Shown here: positions 58,819-64,000 of the stretch, piece by piece
How positions within the stretch are numbered: the first letter of the stretch is position 1
Layout of the letters: each line of letters begins with the position of its first letter
Assembly (NCBI GenBank): GCA_011364925.1
Contig: RDOA01000003.1
Location: forward strand, 32,001 to 96,000
Source: Promethearchaeota archaeon
Lineage (GTDB): Archaea > Asgardarchaeota > Lokiarchaeia > Sigyniarchaeales > SOKP01
Reading direction: 5' to 3'
Length of the DNA: 64,000 nt
The notes under the pieces: model-generated
What the model saw: the letters and a program-made list of their open reading frames with translations, nothing else
Told to the model about the DNA's origin: nothing
Database searches by the model: none
Made by a program: the position numbers and the translations under genes

Positions 58819-60285
58819 ATGAAAGGAATGGAATTAGAAAGAGAATTAAATTCCAAATATGGGTTATGTCTATTTTGTGGGTATTTTGAAAATGATTTTT
58901 GCTATAAATATTTATTACCTAGAAGTCCTATAGAAGGAAAATGTTGGAAATTTAAGAAAAGTATTCTGTTTTTGCGTAAAAAAGTTAAATCTCGTAACTT
59001 TCTTTTAATTTTCTCGCTTTATTTTATGATTTATTTCTGTGTAGGGATTATACCTCCAAATATTGAAGGTATTATAAACTCTTTACCGTCAATATCTGAG
59101 TTTTCAATAAGCACGGCAATATTATTTTATCTAATATGTAATTCGGTAAGTGTTCTGTTTTTTGGTTATTTTAGAGAGAGGATTTTGCATACTCTAAGTA
59201 GTAAAATCTTATTTTTGTTAACAAATTTGCTCTGGATTACAAGTTTTGGACTTATATCCATTTCTTTTAGTTATCCTTTTTTCTTCAGCTTGCTTATGAT
59301 TAGTGCTATCGGGACCGGCGGATATATCCCCTTAGGCTTTTCTAAAATCGGAGAAATGTTTCCAGCCCAAGAACGAGGATCAAGATTCGGGCTAATGCAG
59401 TTTGCTCTTATTTTAGGAAATGGAATTGGTATCATAACAGGTTCAATTTTACATTGGCGTATTGCTTTTAATTTAGGATTTTATATTAGTATGATAGTTA
59501 TCATTATTTATTTTGTACTCGCATTGGATTCATCACATAACACTTTAAATAGAGGAGATCAACTAAATCCTAATAGCTACAATTACAAGTTATCGCGTCA
59601 TGATCTAGTCTCTTTATTCAAAATAAGATCGGTTATAAGCATTCTATTTTATGTACTCACCGGTGGACTTGTCGTCTCTGTTCTTGGTAATTGGGGGATC
59701 TATATCTTGAGTTCTAACTTTAAGAATTCAGATCTAGCTACATTAATTTATCTAATAATTGGTATTGCAGCCCTTCCAGGAGCAATTATCGGAGGAAAAA
59801 TAAATGATCGTTTGTTTCGAAAAAGAAAACACCAATTACGCTTTTTAGTTGCTATGATAGGAGTTTTAGGAGGATCGCTCTCCTTATTAATTTTTTATGT
59901 CTTTCCATTCGCTATCATGGTTTTCACGCTCATGCTTGGATTCATAGGATATTTCTTTACCTCTTTTACTACAGGTACCCAATTTGCCGTGTATTCTGAA
60001 GTATGCCTTCCAGAAACCCGTAGTACTGCTAATGCCTTGAATGGTTTAATGGTGAATATAGGAGGAATATGTGGGAACTTTATTCTTTCCATTATTATCT
60101 TCCATGAAGGCTTGTCTATCCAAAATGCAGTGTTTCTAATACTTTTAGTGTGGTTAGCTGGTTCACTTCTTTGGCTATTCCCTATTTTTTATTATCATAA
60201 GGATATATTAAAACAACGAGATCGTCAGATAAAAAGAAGAATTGAAAAAAGTATATATCCAATAGTTCTGGATAACAGTACTTAA
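58819..60285 (+). CDS. MFS transporter with Cys-rich N-terminal extension
   Basis: About 12 TMs; FPAQERGSRFG, GGKINDR, PETRSTA. Confidence 0.85.
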   Translation: MKGMELERELNSKYGLCLFCGYFENDFCYKYLLPRSPIEGKCWKFKKSILFLRKKVKSRNFLLIFSLYFMIYFCVGIIPPNIEGIINSLPSISEFSISTAILFYLICNSVSVLFFGYFRERILHTLSSKILFLLTNLLWITSFGLISISFSYPFFFSLLMISAIGTGGYIPLGFSKIGEMFPAQERGSRFGLMQFALILGNGIGIITGSILHWRIAFNLGFYISMIVIIIYFVLALDSSHNTLNRGDQLNPNSYNYKLSRHDLVSLFKIRSVISILFYVLTGGLVVSVLGNWGIYILSSNFKNSDLATLIYLIIGIAALPGAIIGGKINDRLFRKRKHQLRFLVAMIGVLGGSLSLLIFYVFPFAIMVFTLMLGFIGYFFTSFTTGTQFAVYSEVCLPETRSTANALNGLMVNIGGICGNFILSIIIFHEGLSIQNAVFLILLVWLAGSLLWLFPIFYYHKDILKQRDRQIKRRIEKSIYPIVLDNST

Positions 60286-60335
60286 TCAGACTTTTTAAAA
60301 AAAAGAATTTGTAAATTTATATTTGAAAAAGGAAC

Positions 60336-61994
60336 TCACATTTTCCGCTTTTTAAGGTAACGATATGCTATGGCAATCACGGCAATTCCACCTATTATAG
60401 AAACAACTACAATTACTATAACTATAGTTGGATCAAATTCTCCGGGAAGATTCTTCCCTATCGTTACTTCAGCAGTTCCAATATTTCCTGCTATATCTAT
60501 TGCGTAAAACTTAATTGTAATAGCACCATCAGACATAGCACTCCAAGCAGATTGCGAGATGGTATCATCTTCTCCGGTAAACGTGTAATTATGCAAGCCA
60601 TCGTCAAGCGTGTACCACATCGAAACTACGTAAATATCACTGGCTGTTATAGAGAAAGTTGGCGCCGTATTCCCATATTTGCTGCCGTCTTGCGGAGAAT
60701 GAATAGTAAGAACTGGCGCTCCATCTTCCGCTAAAGGAAAATAATCAATGCTTCCGGCAGATCCACCTATATAAGTATAGGGATCGTCAACGATACCATC
60801 TACCGGACTAAAATCCGGATCAGTATGATTGTCCCAGTAATTACCGATAAAAGTGCTGCTCCATGCATTATCAATTCCATCATCGAACGCATGCACTCCA
60901 TTCTTTGAAAAGACATTTCGTTCATATATCGTGTTATTATCACTGTTATCAATATAGACACCAATAGTGTCATTATAGAGTAAATTTCTACGAACAGTAT
61001 TACGATCCGAAAAATCGTATATCCCTATTCCGTTTAATCCATTATAGCTTACGATATTATACGAAACTTTGTTGCCCTCACAATAATCGTACAATTCTAT
61101 TCCAATTTCTCCGTTGTAATTTGCAACATTGTTGTTAATGGAATTATCTTGACTATACCAATGTAATGATATTCCATAATCTTGAGTATCGTTTATGAAA
61201 TTATTCGAAATCTCATTATCCTCACAATAATAATATAAATATATACCATTATAGTTATTCTCTTTTATTATGTTTCCCGAGATAATGTTATCATTACTAT
61301 ATTCTTCCAGATATATCCCAGAATCTCCGTTTTCATTAAATGTATTGTTTAAAATCTTATTATTATCACAATTATACATATAAACCCCATTACCACCATT
61401 ATTGCTGACGCTGTTTCCCGAAATTGTGGTTAAATTACTATCTACTAAATAAATACCATCTAGTTGGTCATATATTGTATTGCCCGTGATGTTTATATTA
61501 TTGCAATCTTCTAACCTGATTCCATACCCTAAATGATGCATCATATTATCGGTTATTTGACCATGAGTTGTATTTCGTAAGTAAATCCCTGTCATGACTA
61601 TTGTATTAGTTAATTCGTTCCATTTGAAAGTACAATTTCTTATGATGAAATGTTTACTTTGAGAGTTATTAATTTTCAATCCGTCTATTCTCATAGACAT
61701 ATTCCAAATATTACTTTCAATGATATAGGGATCCAATAAGGTTCCTGACCCCGAACACCACTCTTGTGTCTCTGCCCACGCCCAATTACCTTCAGTTGTA
61801 GTATTAGAGATAAGAAGATCATCAATTATTATACTAGTATAAACTCCAGAAGTCTTAGGTTTTTTTACATTATTTACCTCATTCGATTGACCTGGTTTCA
61901 ATTCAGTATTGAAAAAAGAGTAATAATTAATAGTTAAAGAAAATACCAATCCGATTAAAAATAAGATTGCTAGCCTTTTTGTTTTAAATTTCAT
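60336..61994 (-). CDS. NosD/PbH1 beta-helix surface protein with Ig-like domain and TM anchor
   Basis: GSGTLLDPYIIE, N..SNN...GIYL repeats, GNYWD, DIAGN, C-terminal TM-KKRK. Confidence 0.9.
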   Translation of the reverse strand: MKFKTKRLAILFLIGLVFSLTINYYSFFNTELKPGQSNEVNNVKKPKTSGVYTSIIIDDLLISNTTTEGNWAWAETQEWCSGSGTLLDPYIIESNIWNMSMRIDGLKINNSQSKHFIIRNCTFKWNELTNTIVMTGIYLRNTTHGQITDNMMHHLGYGIRLEDCNNINITGNTIYDQLDGIYLVDSNLTTISGNSVSNNGGNGVYMYNCDNNKILNNTFNENGDSGIYLEEYSNDNIISGNIIKENNYNGIYLYYYCEDNEISNNFINDTQDYGISLHWYSQDNSINNNVANYNGEIGIELYDYCEGNKVSYNIVSYNGLNGIGIYDFSDRNTVRRNLLYNDTIGVYIDNSDNNTIYERNVFSKNGVHAFDDGIDNAWSSTFIGNYWDNHTDPDFSPVDGIVDDPYTYIGGSAGSIDYFPLAEDGAPVLTIHSPQDGSKYGNTAPTFSITASDIYVVSMWYTLDDGLHNYTFTGEDDTISQSAWSAMSDGAITIKFYAIDIAGNIGTAEVTIGKNLPGEFDPTIVIVIVVVSIIGGIAVIAIAYRYLKKRKM

Positions 61995-62121
61995 AATCTT
62001 ATTCCTATAGAGTGTTGAAGTACATTTATGTCAAGGATGTATATAAAAGTATGTAGAAGTATAAGTAAGATAAATATGTAGTAGTATCTTCCTTGATTCT
62101 ATCGAGAACGATCGATCAAAA

Positions 62122-62205
62122 AAGGATGCTATAAAACAACGGGATCGCTTGAAAAAGGGAAAATTTGAAAAGTATATCTTTCCACTAGCTCTGAATAATA
62201 ATTAG
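62122..62205 (+). pseudogene. Relic copy of the MFS gene 3' end
   Basis: KDAIKQRDRLKKGKFEKYIFPLALNNN* vs KDILKQRDRQIKRRIEKSIYPIVLDNST* (60199-60285). Confidence 0.7.
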
Positions 62206-62765
62206 GTAGGCTTTCGTTTCCAAATTTTCATCGATTCAAAAATGAATACACAGGTGCAATAACTTATAAAAAACAAAAAAAGTAGGCTAGCTGGATTTGT
62301 TATAAACACATCACCATACAGGATTGCAAGATATGCGTACAATATTACACCTAAAATATTAATAACTAAGTATAAAGAATATCGGGGAATCATAAGAGGT
62401 CCTATGCGAAAGTAAAAACCTAATATGCCTTTTTTAACTCCTTCCTTTACAAAATATTTACCATCTTTATCTTTTTTTGAAATAATCCCTGCTTTCATTA
62501 ATTTATCTAATTGATATGCTACCGTTCCAGAAGAGACCATCTTTAATGCCTTCTGAATTTCCCTTACTCCCGCGCTATGATGAGTCAAAATGTACCAATA
62601 GATTTGTAGAGTCTTTCCTTGTAATATTTTTTTATGATTATTCTTTAGAGCTTCTGCTTCTACCTCAAGATCTGACATCGCAAGGAAGGTTTCATTGTTT
62701 GATTTAGATGATATAGGTGTTATTGCAGGACTTTCGTTTATATACTTTCGTCTTCTTGGGGTCAT
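62202..62765 (-). CDS. Winged-HTH regulator with two C-terminal TM helices
   Basis: GKTLQIYWYIL...GVREIQKAL..VSSGTVAYQLDKL..AGII.K..GKY. Confidence 0.85.
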   Translation of the reverse strand: MTPRRRKYINESPAITPISSKSNNETFLAMSDLEVEAEALKNNHKKILQGKTLQIYWYILTHHSAGVREIQKALKMVSSGTVAYQLDKLMKAGIISKKDKDGKYFVKEGVKKGILGFYFRIGPLMIPRYSLYLVINILGVILYAYLAILYGDVFITNPASLLFLFFISYCTCVFIFESMKIWKRKPT

Positions 62766-64000
62766 AAAAACTCTATGTCCTCTTGAGGTTTTCTAAATCT
62801 TTTACGATTTTGATATATTATAAAAACAGAAACTGCAATGATTGTACTACTAATAACGAGAATAGTTGGCAAGTAATTTAACGATGGTGTAATGGGTGGG
62901 AGTGTACAATCATTATCTTCGATTACATTTCCTTGACAATTAAATTCAACGATGCATTCATCATTTCCTATTAAACTATTACCCGAAATAGTGTTATAAC
63001 TACTAGTGTAAAGAACTAATCCCCACTGGTTGTAATTTGCGGTGTTTCCCGAAATGGTGTTATAAATGCTTTCGATTAGAATTATCCCACATTCTATATT
63101 ATTAAGTGCGGTGTTTCCTGAGAGGGTGTTATAACTGCAACCTACTAAACATATCCCACTCCAATTATTGTTATTTACAATGTTTCCTGAAATGATATTA
63201 TTTTTACTATTTTCAAAACAAATCCCATGAAACCTTTTAATGTTATTCGCCGTGTTTTCTGAAATAGTATTATTGTCACAATTGATTAAATATAGCCCAC
63301 CATAATAGTAATTGTAATTAGCAACGTTTCCCGAAATAGTATTATTATTGCTATCCCATATCATTAACCCCGAGCAATTATTAGTATTTGCGGCATTTTC
63401 TGAAATATAATTGTTATTACTATTGTCTAAGAATATCCCATAATAGGTGTTGTTATTCACGGTGTTTCCCGAAATAACACTATTATTACAATAATGTAAT
63501 GAAATACCAATAGTAGTATAAGATATGTTCAAGTTTGATATTAATGACCCACTGCAGTTGACTAAAATCAATTGTCCAGCATTTGGAAAATCGGTTGATC
63601 TTAGATTTTCTTGGTTAGTACAATAATATACTGGTTTGCCATTCACTAGATTTGTTGTATCTATCTCAGTTGAAAGTAATATCTCAAGATTTCCAATTAT
63701 TCTAAACCCACATTCATACATTAAATTTTCCGTAAAAACATTATTAAAACCTTTAGTTTGGTCCGATAGCCATCCCTGCAACGCAATTCCAGAATAGGTA
63801 TTACTTATCGTGTTTCCTGAAATGGTATTGTTACCACTACCGTATAAAGCTATCCCATAACCATAATTATCTTTTACGATATTTCCTGAAATGATGCTAT
63901 TATTACAATTCCATAAACGGATTCCCTTATTGTTATTATTGGAACAATTATTGTTAAGTAGTTGTCCATTATTTACATCAACTAATTTTATTCCAGCATC
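62762..64000 (-). CDS. NosD/PbH1 beta-helix surface protein, 5' end beyond the window
   Basis: Frame open to 64000; ISGN..NNN..GI.L repeats, NLVNGKPVYY, C-terminal TM. Confidence 0.9.
   Translation of the reverse strand, partial: DAGIKLVDVNNGQLLNNNCSNNNNKGIRLWNCNNSIISGNIVKDNYGYGIALYGSGNNTISGNTISNTYSGIALQGWLSDQTKGFNNVFTENLMYECGFRIIGNLEILLSTEIDTTNLVNGKPVYYCTNQENLRSTDFPNAGQLILVNCSGSLISNLNISYTTIGISLHYCNNSVISGNTVNNNTYYGIFLDNSNNNYISENAANTNNCSGLMIWDSNNNTISGNVANYNYYYGGLYLINCDNNTISENTANNIKRFHGICFENSKNNIISGNIVNNNNWSGICLVGCSYNTLSGNTALNNIECGIILIESIYNTISGNTANYNQWGLVLYTSSYNTISGNSLIGNDECIVEFNCQGNVIEDNDCTLPPITPSLNYLPTILVISSTIIAVSVFIIYQNRKRFRKPQEDIEFL

Overview
AT-rich archaeal chromosomal DNA, most likely Asgard (Lokiarchaeia-like). 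The basis is TATA boxes, GGTG/GAGG ribosome-binding sites, three Rab-like small GTPases, longin-domain proteins and many TPR and beta-helix proteins. I saw no rRNA, tRNA, CRISPR array or transposase. (1) 1-12 kb is a DNA-handling neighbourhood: a Hel308-type helicase with an inserted SWIM finger, an HhH membrane protein, a PNKP, and a 4-gene membrane operon built around a 1258-aa VirB4/HerA-like protein with dead Walker motifs. (2) 12-20 kb holds ThiF plus two GNATs, a P-loop-dead Rab-like protein and a B12 radical SAM. (3) 20-32 kb is accessory: a tandem array of four membrane proteins with hypervariable, mostly Tyr-rich loops and an invariant 22-bp spacer motif, followed by an endonuclease VII pseudogene. 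(4) 36-54 kb is the most striking element, a duplicated putative signalling module. Each copy has a tandem-wHTH/TPR regulator divergent from exported cargo genes, one or more TPR-longin proteins and a terminal Rab-like GTPase. Four cargo genes share one promoter architecture: 11-bp-period CTATCGYG direct repeats, a TATA box and a TCATC-RYAAA-GATGA hairpin. (5) 54-64 kb holds metabolic, TA-like, transporter and beta-helix surface genes. All family calls come from motif recognition by eye, not from database searches.
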